Source: Podarcis bocagei (taxonomy: Eukaryota). Taken from it: DNA of 64,000 nucleotides. The notes under the pieces are model-generated. The model ran no database searches. It was not told the origin of the DNA and saw nothing but the letters and a program-made list of their open reading frames with translations. The DNA lies in NCBI GenBank assembly GCA_964188305.1, contig OZ076885.1; one strand, written 5' to 3'. Position numbers and translations under genes: made by a program. Shown here in pieces: positions 26,239 to 40,397 of this stretch. The first letter of the stretch is position 1; each line of letters begins with the position of its first letter.

Positions 26239-27367
26239 AACTGTCCCCTGACAGATTGTGGAATCTGATTGTGGCAAATTCCAGTATGAACTGGCCTGAC
26301 TCACACTTCCAGGATGAATGTGTGGGTCAGAACTCAGGGTACAATCCAAACCCCAGCTGGGCAACAGTAGGACTGTTGGAGGACCACTGGTAAATCTGCA
26401 TCCCTTTCAAGCACACCTGTTGGGTGTGAGTGAAAGGGATGCAGATAGCTCACTGCTATCACAGGCATCATGAGCTTGGGGTGAGAGAGAGGTGGAAGGA
26501 GTGAAGGAGGTAGTGCTCTTTTCCTTTTTTGCATATCATGTTTCTGATATGCTGTCACTGAACAATGATCATTGCTGGGAGACCTCTCACATTTGGATCT
26601 AAAATTTATACAACAGATGAAAATAAATGCTGCGTGCCATCCATAACTCACATTATTTACTCTCTTGACCCACTTAAATGCCATCATTAGTTGAACTTCA
26701 TCCATCATCAAGGGTTTCTGACCTATGGTGCTCAGGCCTTCATTTTCATGGTGAGGTGTCCACAGCAGCTTGCTTAGTTTGGGATATGCAAGCATATGAC
26801 CTAATGCACTGCAGCAAAATTCACAGTTGCAGGATCCGTTAATGTGGCAAGTGCTCAAGGGTTTAAAGTAGGATGGTTGAACTTGTCAAGATATTTTTAG
26901 ATTGCCTAGCAAAGCTGTTTGTTCTGGTTTAGAGGCTGCAGGGCGTCACAGTTGCTTTGAAGGAGGGGATGGCCAAGAAGACTCCCAGTGAATGACAGTG
27001 TCAGTAAACGAGTTTGTCAAGGATTCGTTTTCTGACTTGCGAAACATGAGAGAGTTTTGAAAGAATCCAAAGATACTTCATTCTGATTGGCAAGATTAAT
27101 CCTTGGTGGAATAATCTGTCATGACTTGCCATTGCCACTTAGCCTGTGATCCTAAGCATTGTTGCTCAGATGCTCCATTAAATAAAAGAAGACTACTTTC
27201 AAGTAAATACATATACATACATATACATACATACATACAAACCTTGTTATGTTGAGCTCGTATTTTGCACAATTTGTATACGGTGTCTGTTTGATAATGT
27301 GTGGTTTGCTATGCCTAATAAAGGATAACTATTTGACATATGTACATACATACATACATAATCTTAA

Positions 27368-27729
27368 AAAGGTAAAGGTAAAGGTACCCCTGCCCGTTCG
27401 GGCCAGTCTTGCCAGACTCTAGGGTTGTGCGCTCATCTCACTCTATAGGCCGGGAGCCAGTGCTGTCCGCAGACACTTCCGGGTCACGTGGCCAGCGTGA
27501 CAAGCTGCATCTGGCGAGCCAGCGCAGCACACGGAACGCCGTTTACCTTCCCGCTGGTAAGTGGTCCCTATTTATCTACTTGCACCCGGCAGTGCTTTCA
27601 AACTGCTAGGTTGGCAGGCGCTGGGACCGAACAACGGGAGCGCACCCCACCACGGGGATTCGAACCGCCGACCATGCGATCGGCAAGTCCTAGGCGCTGA
27701 GGTTTTACCCACAGCGCCACCCGCGTCCC
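27368..27729 (-). mobile_element. Sauria SINE, full length
   Basis: Reverse complement of the 15849 copy; (AAAGGT)n tail; ATAATCT duplicated on both flanks. Confidence 0.95.
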
Positions 27730-27982
27730 ATAATCTGTAGTTAATACTGAGTGGTTGAATTCCCGGGCCATTGTTTTGCTTTGTTTTTTGTTAATTATGT
27801 GGATTGCCAACAACTATTAAGATGGTGGATTCCAACACTAGTAGCTAAAGCAATCTTATAACTCTCAGCTTCCATCTAGTCCAGCATTTTGCTTCCTACT
27901 GTTACCAGCCAGGAAGCCTACAAGGAGCATGTGAAGGCTGGAGTCCTCCTAGTGCTATTGCTACGTAGCATGTAGTATTAAG

Positions 27983-28366
27983 AGGTAAAGGTAAAAGGTA
28001 AAGGAGCCCTGGACAGTTAAGTCCAGTCAAAGGCGACTATGGGGTTGTGGTGCTCATCTCACTTTCAGGCCAAGGGAACTGGTGTTTGTGCACAGACAGC
28101 TTTCCAGATCATGTGGCCAGCATAACTAAACTGCTTCTGGTGCAACGGAACACCGTGACAGAAACCAGAGCGCATGGAAACACCATTTACCTTCCCACTG
28201 CAGCAGTACCTATTTATCTACTTGCACTGGTATGCTTTTGAACTGCTAGGTTGGCAGGAGCTGGGACAGAGCAGAGGGAGCTCACTCCATCACAGGGATT
28301 CAAACTGCTGACCTTCCGATCAGCAAGCCCAAGAGGCTCAGTGGTTTAGACCACAGTGCCATCCGC
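27983..28366 (-). mobile_element. Sauria SINE, second subfamily, inserted in an old CR1 3' UTR
   Basis: (AAAGGT)n tail, ggacagttaagtccagtcaaaggcgactatggggttg; TSD agtatt(a/c)agaggta. Confidence 0.9.
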
Positions 28367-31299
28367 TCAACAAGTATTCAGAGGTATACTGTCTTTAAAC
28401 ATGAAGGTGAAATATTGCCAACATGGCTAATTGCCCATTTTGAACAGCAGAGGACTGTAGCAACAGCATCAAATTTTGGACACTTGCAATTTTATTATCC
28501 TCTCATTATCCTCTTCTTATCCAGTAACTTCTCCAGCAAGATAAACGTTCCTGAAGTCTTCCCAGTTGTAAAAACTGCAACCAGGGTCATGAAACGTTTC
28601 TGAGGTGTTATCATTTGAGGCAGGCTTTTTTAAAAAACAGGACCTTATTTAGAAGCCTGCCTGTTATCAATAATAATAATTTTTGTACTGTATGGTTCTT
28701 TGCAAGCATCGCTGAAACGGGCACTTTACAATTGTAATAATATTTTGTCTCCTTTGTTGTCAGCCTCTGACAATATATTGTTGTTACATTCCTGTGCCTT
28801 TCAGTACTTTTTTGTCATTGTTCTACAGAACTGTGTCCCTGCGTTTTATTTTGATTTTTGAATTGCCTATTTTGGCATGAAGTGGTATATAGAATACGGT
28901 AATTAAATAATAGTAGGGGTATTTCTCCATTAATTTATTTGATCTCCTACGAAAAGCATCTGAGCTTAGTGGCCACCATATCTTGTAGCAATGAATACCA
29001 TAAACGGATCATGTGATGTGAAGAAACGCTTCCTGAATATCTTCAGTTTAATTGGAGGACCCAATTATTAGGATTTGGATTATTCAAATATACTCTCTTG
29101 TCTTGAATTTTTGTGTGTTTGTTTTCCTGGGAACTCTCCACGGAACACATTTGTGCAAACATCAATCAAGGGACTCCCAAGTTGTCTGCAGCTTAAGCTC
29201 AGCCACCTTTGGAAGGTGACTTTACTGTGTATCTATGTACATGCTCTTCCTCTGCTGTAGCTTTGATGCCCAAAGCAAAGTCACTCTCAAAAGGAACTCT
29301 TAATTCCAGCCAGCTCAGCAGATTGCAAGAAGAAATGATCCTGGTGCTGATAGCCGTCTTTCAGAAAAGCTTGCACGTGCAACTCTGGTTCTTCTTCCTT
29401 TTCTCAACCATTGCAAAACACTTCCTCCTTAAATTGCAGGTCTTGGAGCCAACACGTCTGGCTTTAGCTGCTCTGTCATTCATAACCTTGTTATGCAAAT
29501 AAAGTAGTAGACAAACCGAGAAGCTCTCTAACTCAATCTAGACAAACATCAAAGGCTACAACAGACAGCAAACCCAAATCTGACACCCATCTGTCATTCA
29601 GCTGAAGAATGGTCACATGATGGTAGATATGCTTCCTTACAGGCTTTATTCTGTCATCCGTAGACAGAAAAATAATTGATTTAACAAAACCACTCAAATT
29701 TGTAAGAGCTGAACATTGCCTGTTTAATAAATAGGTTTGCCTTCTTCCTCAACCCCATTTATTTCATGACTACTCCCTTCTGCTTGGCATACCACAGTCA
29801 AATATGCCATATAGCTGGGAATCATAGAACTGTAGACTTGGAAGGGACCACACTGATCATCTGTGTGGAACATTATGGTTACACAGCACCCATAGGCTCT
29901 GCTGAATGGTAGCAAGATTTCAGTGGGTTCCAGGCACTCACCCAGAGCTGGGAAATCCATTGGGAAATCAAGGCACAGAGACCAATGTGTTTAAGAATGG
30001 TTTATTTTACACATGGAAGCCTTCATCCCTCGTTGCTGCCCTCATAGCTTCAGCAAGGTTGGGTCCATGGTCTTTCTGTGCAGCTTCCTCCAGCCAGTGG
30101 AAGTACTGGGGGAACTGCCGTATTAATAAATTAATACCACATGCAGACTGAGACAACCCCAACAATTCAACACAGGGGAATTAACAGCAGTCCAGAAAAT
30201 GCTTTGCATCCAGTCAAAACAACGGAAAAGTGAGGGGTTAGAGCATGGCATATCTCAGGTTTTCAGTGAGTACTGGTTGTTAATGTAGCGGAGACAACTC
30301 AGCCGTCCATTTTTCAAGAAACACTTCACAATTTTAATTAAAAACAGACAATGTTAATAAGGAAGAGATGTTTACCTGAAAATAAATGAGTAGAAGAAAA
30401 AATGACCGCCAAATGATTGTGCTGTTCGGCTGGAATGCTTATAACACCAGGCCTTGCCATCCCAATGCCCTCTGTGCTGGCTGGGGCCGATGGGAATTGT
30501 AGTTCTAACCACCTGAAGAGCACCAGGTTAGTGAAAGCTGCTGTACACACATACCTGAACTCAATGGGGCTTATTTCAGAGTAGTCATGCACAGGATTAT
30601 GCTGTTCATCCTCCTATCAAGCTATGAAATAGAAACTCTTTATTCTTGAAATTGGTGTACAAATACATGCACAGTTCTCACAGTAGGTTAGTATAGAAAA
30701 GCTACACGAGGAAGATTGTGTTGTAGCATCACAACTATTGCTGAGAACAGTCGCTGTGCTTATTCTGTATACAATTTTGCTTTGCACGGAAAAGTCACAA
30801 CCTTCAAATCTTGCATTTCCTGGCCTTTTGGCCCACAATTTACAGTTTCCCCCTCTGTGTACTTGCCAACTGAGGATAATACTTTATCATGTATCCAGTC
30901 CATAAAAGCAAATGCCAAGACCATAAAACTGTTAATCTTTAAGGTGCCACAAGGCTCTGTTGTCTTTAGCGACCATGGCGTATGCTGCTAAAAGCCCTTA
31001 GCAAAATATACTGGTAGACTCGTTTTGGGGACTTATAGGCATATGATTTCTGGAGTGTTTCTTTTCAACCCAGCAATCGGAAACAATAATCAAATGGTCA
31101 AAAAGTGAAAAGAGATATGGAAAGAGAGCCCAGATCTACAAGGTGAGAGAAAATGTGTTCATGTAAGTGCCACACAACTGCCTGCTAATATTTTGCTATA
31201 TCTCATCATACAGCATGCAGACACAGACGCTCTTTGCATACTTATCATCTGTTCTTGCCTCTGTAAGTCTCTTCATTGCCTTCTTTTGCTGGCACTGAA

Positions 31300-32294
31300 A
31301 CTGTCATTCCCCCATCTACATGAAACTGCTGAATGAAGTCATCCTGGAGTTTAGAAAGTGCTGTCACAAGTAAACTGATGATATGCAACTCCATTTCATC
31401 AAACTTAAGCAAGGCAGTGCGAAGTGCTACATCTACCAGGCTGTGATAATGGATGGCATGATGACCAATAAACCAAGGCTCAATTCAGTCAAGGTGGAGG
31501 CAATGTCCGAAGGTTTTTTCTTTCCAGGAAAGCGATGTTCAACCCGCTGTAGAAGAGGTTGCATTCCTGGTAAAGGATCAGGTTTGTAGCTTAGCAGTGC
31601 TTCCTGGCCCATCTTTGCCACTAGAAGCACAAAGGGCCAGCCTGGACAGAAATAACCCTGACTTCAACGATTACATGCCCAGGCAAACTCCCTTTTGGAT
31701 TGCTGTAAGATAGTCCAGAAACTTCAGCTGGAGCAGAATATGGCTGCACAACTGCAGGGATAGGGCATTAGGAACTGAGCATACTATGAAAATATTGTAT
31801 CATCTCTACTAGCTCCTAGTCATCTTTCAGGCTCAAGTGCTGCTTTTGACATTTAAATCTCTTTGTGGCTTGAAGCCTTGGCATCTTCATAGCTTGCAAA
31901 GATTACCTCTTCTCACGTGTACTGTCTGTGCCCAGAGATCATCAGCAAACACTCTTCTTTGAGTGCTCCCACAAGCATCATTTGTGATCATGACAAAAAA
32001 CAGCCTTTTCAACAGCGGTCCCTTAGTTTTAGAATAGCCTCTCCAGAGAGACTTGCCTGGTATCCATTGAGATGTCTTTTGAGCACTAGACATAGGTCTT
32101 CGTTTAATTTTCCCAGGCATTTAAAATGTTTTGATCTTCTACGTGCATTATGCTGTGGTATTCACATGGCTGTTTAGCTCTGCAAAATGTATCACTTTAG
32201 CTATCTTTAGTAAACTGATTATTGCCATGGTGTTTTAATCTCTAGGTCACTATGATCTGTTCTGGCATTTTGTGGTTTTGTTTGCTGCATTATT
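31300..32294 (+). mobile_element. Old degraded L2 LINE (RT domain to 3' end)
   Basis: YMKLLNEVI..HK*TDDMQLHF resembles the YADDTQLY motif; downstream KLQLEQNMAA and FQAQVLLLTFK resemble the L2 C-terminus. Confidence 0.7.
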
Positions 32295-32501
32295 NNNNNN
32301 NNNNNNNNNNNNNNNNNNNNNNNNNNNNNNNNNNNNNNNNNNNNNNNNNNNNNNNNNNNNNNNNNNNNNNNNNNNNNNNNNNNNNNNNNNNNNNNNNNNN
32401 NNNNNNNNNNNNNNNNNNNNNNNNNNNNNNNNNNNNNNNNNNNNNNNNNNNNNNNNNNNNNNNNNNNNNNNNNNNNNNNNNNNNNNNNNNNNNNNNNNNN
32501 N
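32295..32501. other. Assembly gap (207 N)
   Basis: Run of n. Confidence 1.
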
Positions 32502-32598
32502 TCATCAGAACTCAGTTCTGGCACCTCTCAGCTGGGCGCCATTGCCATTGTAAGAGAACAAGGGTGAGTTCATGCTAAGTTCTGGCACCTCTTTTTCT

Positions 32599-32830
32599 NN
32601 NNNNNNNNNNNNNNNNNNNNNNNNNNNNNNNNNNNNNNNNNNNNNNNNNNNNNNNNNNNNNNNNNNNNNNNNNNNNNNNNNNNNNNNNNNNNNNNNNNNN
32701 NNNNNNNNNNNNNNNNNNNNNNNNNNNNNNNNNNNNNNNNNNNNNNNNNNNNNNNNNNNNNNNNNNNNNNNNNNNNNNNNNNNNNNNNNNNNNNNNNNNN
32801 NNNNNNNNNNNNNNNNNNNNNNNNNNNNNN
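32599..32830. other. Assembly gap (232 N)
   Basis: Run of n. Confidence 1.
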
Positions 32831-34821
32831 TGTATCCCAGAGAACTTCTGTTACTTGGTGACAGTAACAATGGTATAAATTATTGGTATAAATAAATAAA
32901 TAAAAGTAAGTGATTGGCTTGTATACCTTTCCAGGGCTTGGTCAGAGAAACTGAGAGAACTCACATCCCCCTTCCCCCCAAGGCTGGGGGGGGTCTACAG
33001 TTTGACTGGGTTTGATCTACAGTTACTTGAAGCTTTAGCCTCCCTTTGTGGGGGTGTTTCCTCAGCTCTGTATGAAGAGCAATTAGTGTTCAGGGCTCAT
33101 GCAAAAAGTAGATGAAATGTTAAGTCAATATGACTCAGTGCAAGCCAGCATTATGAGTCAATTTAGAACACGGGGGCGGAGGGTAGATTTGCAATTCCTG
33201 ACCCAGTGCCAAATCAAGAAGAGGGCAATTTGCCCATCACTCTCCAATGCTCCATGCTTTGCTACTTTCAAAATGCATTCTGTGTGCATTTTGCATATTG
33301 CCTTTGCAGATCTGATTCGCTGTGCTATATCCTTCCCATCTCTCAACTTTTCATTTCAGATGCTGACACTTGCTTTATTCCTGTCACTTTTTTTAAGCCT
33401 CTAATGCTCTTTCAGTTTGTTTTTGTTTCTTTGTGTTTGCTTGTTGTTAGTTTTTTTTTCCGGGTTGTAACTGATTAATTATTCTTTTTATGATTTATCA
33501 AAGCTATATCTTCTTCTTCTTTTCTTAAAATGGCAAATTCATTTAAGGGTAATGTTTTATCCTTGGTACAATTCATTGGATGGGGATTGGTGGCAGGCTA
33601 AAAATTATGATGAAGATCATCATCATCATCATTAATTATTATAAGTTAACATGGAATTTTTCATTTTTACATACCTTATTCTCATCAATAAATTAAAAGA
33701 CTCCCATAAAAGTAGCAGATTAGGCAAGGTCAAGATTCGACCATTTGATTCCTCTGTTCCTCTGTTTTACACATTGACAGTAAAATTCATGTTTGCCACA
33801 TTTAAAATCAGTATATTTTAAAACATTTCATAGCATGATAGCTTGTTTGTCACTTCAGCACTCTAGCTACATTATCAGAGATCTATTTTTTTGTCATGGA
33901 AACCATACTAACCATGGAGTTCTTTGCATTTTTACTGTTAAATGTCTTGTGAAGTTTAGTAGTATTTAAGCCTAGTAAGTAGGCTTAAGATTTCAGTGCT
34001 TGTGTGCATATTTGTCCATTTATTTGTTTTTCTTTCTTTAGTGTTGTTTGAAAATTAAAACACCAAATTAATGTGCAATTCCAGGAAAAGCAAGTTCCAC
34101 GGATATTAACTTGTAGCTATTTAATATCTTACATAAGCTGATCTGTTTACATTTGGTTGTATCATAAATATGATTGGTGTTTTCCCCTATTGGGCATAAC
34201 TAGGCAGGTAATGCTTGCAGACACTTTCACAGCTGTTCAGCAAGAAATTAAAGAAGCTACTATTTCCATATCCAGCTGACTCATATTTAATTTTGAACCA
34301 ATGCAAAGCTTAATAATATCTTTTAAGTCACATGTAAAATGAGCTCTGGATTCTGATGTGTTGAATCAATGTGCTACAAACTCTTCTTTGACTTTGTTGT
34401 GTAAAATGACACTGCTCAATGGTCGCTAGTTCAGCAGAATACAAGCATTGCTTCCTTCACTGATGGTAAAAACAAATAGCACTTGATTCCCAAGGGGAAA
34501 TCGTAAAGTAAAGATAATAGGGATGTACAACAGCCCCAACACACTGCCGCCATGTTGTTTCACTGTTCAATGCTGGAATTTTTTTAATGTGACAGTACAG
34601 GACAGATGAAGATGAAGGCAACACAGTTCACTTCATCCTATTCATGTATGTATGGTTTAGTTCACACAAGATATGAATAGTATGTAAGAGAGGTGCAAGA
34701 ATAAACCCAAAATTTGGAGGCTGCAGGAGCGGGAGTATAAGGTTCCACAGCCTTAGCATGTCATTGCTATATATTCGCAATGATTCTGTTGTGTAAAGCA
34801 TACCATGCTTGAATGTAAAGA

Positions 34822-34960
34822 AGAGGGATGGGGAACCTGGGATTCTTCAGGTTTTGTTGGACTACAATTCCCATCATCCTTGACCATTGGGCATGCTGGA
34901 TAGGGCTGGTGGGAGATGGAACCCAACAATTTGTAGAGGGCTACAGATTCCCACCCCTGG
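34822..34960. mobile_element. Palindromic hAT-like MITE (ggactacaa(c/t)tcccatcatcc family)
   Basis: Arms gggatggggaacctg / cagattcccacccctg; related degraded copies near 17430, 19930, 21890, 30450, 43815, 46860, 49430 and 57086. Confidence 0.7.
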
Positions 34961-35189
34961 TGCAGCACATTTTGAAAGGCAGCATGAAGAGACAATGGTG
35001 AAAGCAAGAAAACCTGGAGCAAGCAGAAAGGGAAGCCTATTGCTTCAGAACCAGCTCTCCTACAACTATGTCCATCCTGCTTCTCGGGTGTTTGGTCACT
35101 GTTTGAGATGGTACAGTGGACCAGATGGATCCAGCATAAACCACTCCTGTGGCCTTGGAAAAGTGGCAGAGGTGGGGTATCTTACTGTT

Positions 35190-35228
35190 TGTTGGTTGGT
35201 TGGTTGGTTGGTTGGTTGGTTGGTTGGT
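35190..35228. repeat. (TTGG)n microsatellite
   Basis: Tetranucleotide run. Confidence 0.9.
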
Positions 35229-38200
35229 TTTTAGTTCCTTACATTTCTATTCCACTTTTCTTCCATTATGGAACCCAGAGTAGCAAACCTGTGATTCCCA
35301 GGTTGGACGTGCTTCCGGGCACTAAGCAGATCCAGACTAGTTCAGCTTCAGCAAGATGGTGGCCTCATTTGCCTTCACAGCCTGTAGTTGAGGTGATGCA
35401 TAACACCAGTTTCTGGACTGGGGTTCAGAAGCTTGTGGATATGGACAGTAAACTGGCCAAACCAAACTGCCCTATCTCACATTGTCCATAAATATTCTCA
35501 GCAACCATTTTGCCTGTCAATACTGCATTTCCTTACACCCTTGATACAGCGAAAAGTGTCCGTTATCTTCTCTCTCTTTTTGCATTTCTCATTCATTATA
35601 ACCCACAGGGTAAAACTTCAGGTATATAGTCTTGCTGTGCTGAAATTTTTTCCTCAAATCCATCCAGCCCACCTGGAACATTCTCCGCCAGTTAATGAGA
35701 AAAGAAATTGCACTCAAAATATATCTAAGAGGAAATAAAATGTCAGCGAAATGCTCATGGATGGTCTGTAGGGTTTCTGCTGTGCTTTTCTTATTTTTGG
35801 GAGTGACCTTTCTTTCCTTCCACAAAACATCTCCTAGAGGTCTACACTCTGCTGTCTTTCTGGGTGCCCGAGAAGGACACCCTGAAGTAATTCCTCCCAT
35901 GGTGGGTCCCACCCCCACTCCCCAGTCATGGAGGCTACAGAGTGCTAGAGAAGTTACCAGAAATAAAAGTGCGTGCACAACCCTTGGCCACCTCACAACA
36001 ACAGACGTTCAAAACCCAACACCTACAGAAATTCTAAAGACATTCTTAAGTGCCCTGAGAAAGAGGAAGGGGGAGGGGATGGAAGCCACTTTTGCCATGA
36101 AATAATGCTTTTGAGAAACTGGAAGAGATATTTTAGCACAGCAGTGCATCCAGTGCTCATTCATGTTTCATTGACTTCACAGAAGATGTTAATAACATGT
36201 AGGACGGGTGCAATAGCAGACCGGCAAACTCATTTCTAATTAGCAGTCTGATCAGCAAAATGTATTTTGACTGCTGTGGAGAAACTAAATAGAGTAGGAG
36301 TGTATTAAGTAGCACAGGACATGGTTATAAGGGGGGGAAATCTATGTATTTCTTTATCAAGAGTGATGCTTCTTAATTACTCAGCCATCAGAGTCTGCTT
36401 GCTTTTCAGCCCACATAATTGAGTCATATATTCCTTTCTGCAACTTAGAAACACATTTTCTGCACATTATATAATGTTTGTCAGCCTTTTATCTTAGGTC
36501 TTATCTTTTCCTTGGTCACTAAACTTTGGTAATTGAATACACTTGCAACAGGGTTTACACAAGTAAATTCACATCCATGATACTTTGAATTTATTACAGT
36601 TTTAACTGAATTCTTATAGTTTTAAAATAGGGGTGGGAAACTTGATCTGACCAGCAAGCTGGATCCAGATCTGGTCCACCTTTCACAGGCCACTTTTTAA
36701 CCTCAAGGTCCTTTGAAGTTTGATCCCTGGTGTCCTCACAAGCCTAGACTGCCAATTAAGTACCTAAGCAATTGAGTACACCGTGTCGCCATAATAGCTT
36801 AGCCAATCAGTGTCAATCAAAGCCTTCACTACCACAAGCTCAACTCAATACATATATGGAAGTTGATTTTCATATCAAATAACTAATTGACCCAATTACT
36901 CTGTTTCCACACCTGTGAAGACAGAGCAAGTTCCCCCATGGTGGATTGGTAAATTGATTGGAAATTTTACATTTCATCTGTATTTGGCATTATTGTTGGC
37001 ATCTGTCTATCTCAAGAGTTTGCCTCCTCTCTGAGAGCAAGCCTGGGCAGTACTCATTGATGTGAAAGGATAGCAATACATTTAGTTGCCAAAAGATTTA
37101 TAGCGACATGGTGAAAACCACCTAGTCAGTGGGGAGACTCATAGGAAATGAATTGCTTACCAATGTAACAGCCATGATTTGGCTTGACTGAAAGTAGCCT
37201 CTGTGTCTAATCTGACTTTTACTTGCACAGAATGTTGGGTATCAATATCAAAAAAAATATCCAGGGATATAAAGTAAAATTAGACATATTGCCAACCTCT
37301 CCTGTTGTTTGTGCTGCGAGTCTCCACATTCTTGTTGAGGAGCACATCCCCGTTTATCTTTAACTGAGACAGAGCCATAATCCTCTTTCTGCCAACCTGC
37401 TACTATCCGTAGGCACCCAGCCCACATGTAATTATGATCATCACACTTGAAATCTTGTCATAAAAGAAGCCTAAAATATTTCTGGGTGAGGCCATAATCC
37501 CGTGTTCGCATGATTAAGCAATATTATAAATTATTGGATGCATGCGTAGGAGTACAGCACCTACATGAACCTTTTCAGCCAGTTACTTTGTAGAGGTTGG
37601 TTCAAGTTGGAACGTTTGATCTGGCGTAGTGGTTAATCTGTGCTCATTCGTAGTTTTCATACAGGGTTTAAATTTGGGTCTGGAGGGCTCAGTAGATTTA
37701 CCTTGCTTTCTGCGCCAATCACCTGCTTGCATACTCTCCAACATTTCTCTGATGAAAATAGGGACATCCCAACATTTCTCCAATGAAAATAGGAATGTCC
37801 TATTGTGGACTGGAAACCTGATTCCAGGTACTTCCCTTTTCCTTTCTGCCCCTGAAGGGTCACTTCAAAAGCAACAGCATTTCCTTCTTATTGATGGGAA
37901 AGATCAGCTCTGCAGCACCTGCTAAGTGCTATTATTTCTTGATACACACTAAGGGTGAAAACCTTCTCTTTATAATCAATAGTGTTTACCCTACAAGACT
38001 GAGGTCAGTAAGAGGCGGCACGTGAGAGAGAGAATTAATCTACTTCCTTGTCAAAGATGTGTGTGTCAATAAAAAAAAAAAAATCAAAATCATGTGGAAC
38101 AGATATGATAACATTAAGTAACTAAATTCTCCCAGCTGTTCAAGTTAACCTCATAGATAGGGTTTGCAAAACATGGAATCCAAAAAGAATAGCTGGTTCC

Positions 38201-38833
38201 TTAGAGTGGTAGCAACAGTCGAACCAATATGCTAGTATCATATTCCGTGGTGTTTGCAGCCTTCCTCCGATTCCATCCCTTTAAGAGGCCTCTATTTTAA
38301 TACTGCTGCTCATTTTACAGTGATTAAGCACCACTAAAAACTGTCCGTGCAGCCCTGGTCTGCTTAGCCACAATTTTCCAGTCTGGGGGGTGGGGAGAGA
38401 TGAGGGAATTACAAGCAGTGACAGGGGAGATAGATGAATGTCAACACTCAGGTAGAGGAGAGGCATGGGAGTGCGAGGAATGGAGGAGGGGTGATAGTTT
38501 CAAGGAGTCTCAATTGGTGTGGATAAGAAAAGTAAGGGGAGATATGAAAGGAGCCTTCACATTTCCGACTGTGGAGCTTGTGCAGCATCTGCCCTCCTCA
38601 CATCATTGGATCGCAGCATTGATGCTCAGGGCTCTTCAGAGCACATGGGAGCAGCCAATGTGGTGGGGCAGAGCCGCAGAGACACCCTCGCAACGTCACC
38701 ATCACCATAGCTTACTGGGACAGGGCTGTGGCAATTAGGATGGGCTTTCATCAGTGCTAATCTGCACAGCTCTGAACTCGCCACTCCTCTGCCCCACCCA
38801 GGCCCTGTGCAAGTAAGCTGCAGTGGTGTCAGT

Positions 38834-39000
38834 GGCTGCGTACACACCTTACATTTAAGGCACATTTCCTCCAAAGAGTCCTGGGAATTGTAGTTTTCCC
38901 CCTACAGAACTATGATTTCCAGCATCCCTTAACAAACTACAGTTCCCAAGATTCTTTGGGGGGAAGTTGTGTGCTTTAAATGAATGGCGTGTAGGCAGCC
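38834..39000. mobile_element. PIF/Harbinger-like MITE
   Basis: TIRs GGCTGCGTACAC / GTGTAGGCAGCC with a 3-bp duplication AGT; related copies at about 39150-39402 and 39493-39660. Confidence 0.75.
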
Positions 39001-40327
39001 AGTGTCAGGAGGGGCACCCCACTGTTCTCCCCATTGCACTGGCCACTACTGCAAAGTATACAGTTGGCCAATTATGCAGGTGCCCCAAAGAGCAGGAGTA
39101 GAACCAACAGATAGGAATTTGAGGGAAGCAGATTCTGGTTAAACAACAGGACCATTTAAAGCAATATCGTACCACTTTCAGCAGTTGTGACTTCCCGCAA
39201 GGAATCCTGGGGAAATCCTAGAGTGGTTTAACAACCAATTCCTCTTTGCAGGGAATACTGCAAATTAGAGCTCTGTGGGCAAAATGGAGATCACCTAAGA
39301 ACTCTCGGCAGCGTTAACAAACTACACGTCCCATGATTCTTTGCGGGAAGCTATGACTGTTCAAAGTGATATGATACTGATTTAATTGTATTGTGTAGAT
39401 GGGTTACTTCGACGGTCCCTCTCGCTTATTTGATAGTTCCATGATTCTGTGAAGAATTAGGTTTTCTGGTTTCTCCCCCCAAAAATCACTAAGGTCACCT
39501 TCACACTGTACATTTAAAGCACATGGCTCCCCCCCCCCCAAATATATATATATATATCCTAGAAATTGTAGTTTGTCGCTCTTGTGGGTGGGTACATTTC
39601 AGTTCCCAGGGTTCTTTGGGAGAAGCCATGTGCTTTCAATGTATTGTGTGTACTCAGAGAAAGACCTTCCTTGTCCCAAACCCTTGTGCTCCTCAGACGT
39701 GGTCCTGCTCAAAGTAGTAAGTTGTGCAATAGTCCTGAGTAGTACTTAATCACATCAGGTTGAACAAATTGTACCAATTTAAGAGGAGAGCATTCTGTGT
39801 ATGTGTGTGTGTGTGCTGAGCAGAGGAAAGGGCATCCGTGATAGATTTCAGTCGAAGGTGCCTCTGAGACACATGCAGAATTGATAATCATGTTCTTTGA
39901 AGAGGGAACAGAACACTGTTGCTGCAAACCAAGGTCACAAGGGCAGATGCTACACATCAAAGTGCCTCAGCCATAAGCTATCTTTTCTCAGAGCAAAAGA
40001 ACGCACATAACATGTTTTGCAGAGGCATCGCTGCATGGCAGAGAGAGGTGATGGGAGTGTGTCCGTTGTTTGTCCTGGATGAACAGTGCTGCCTTTCTGC
40101 TCTTCTTCCGATTTGCTTTAGGGTAAGAGCCAGGATTCAAAGAGCTTCCTACAACTGAGATAAGCTCCAGGCTCTGCTCACTCCCTTTCCTACCTTTAGT
40201 TACTGTCATTGTGTTACACAAACACCCTGCCTCCTGTCCAGATGATGCCCAAGGCAGGTTCTCCACCCTAGTTACACTACTGACTGTGTTGGGTGCTTTT
40301 GTTTGGGGAAGGGCCGTACTCAGTAGA

Positions 40328-40397
<70 letters not shown>

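Noticed and set aside
26334-26858. 174-aa minus ORF (and similar ORFs at 6638, 35589, 60687, 62848, 63421)
   Set aside because: No recognisable domain or splice context; several run through TEs; consistent with chance ORFs.
32219-32895. ORFs containing X runs
   Set aside because: They read through N gaps.
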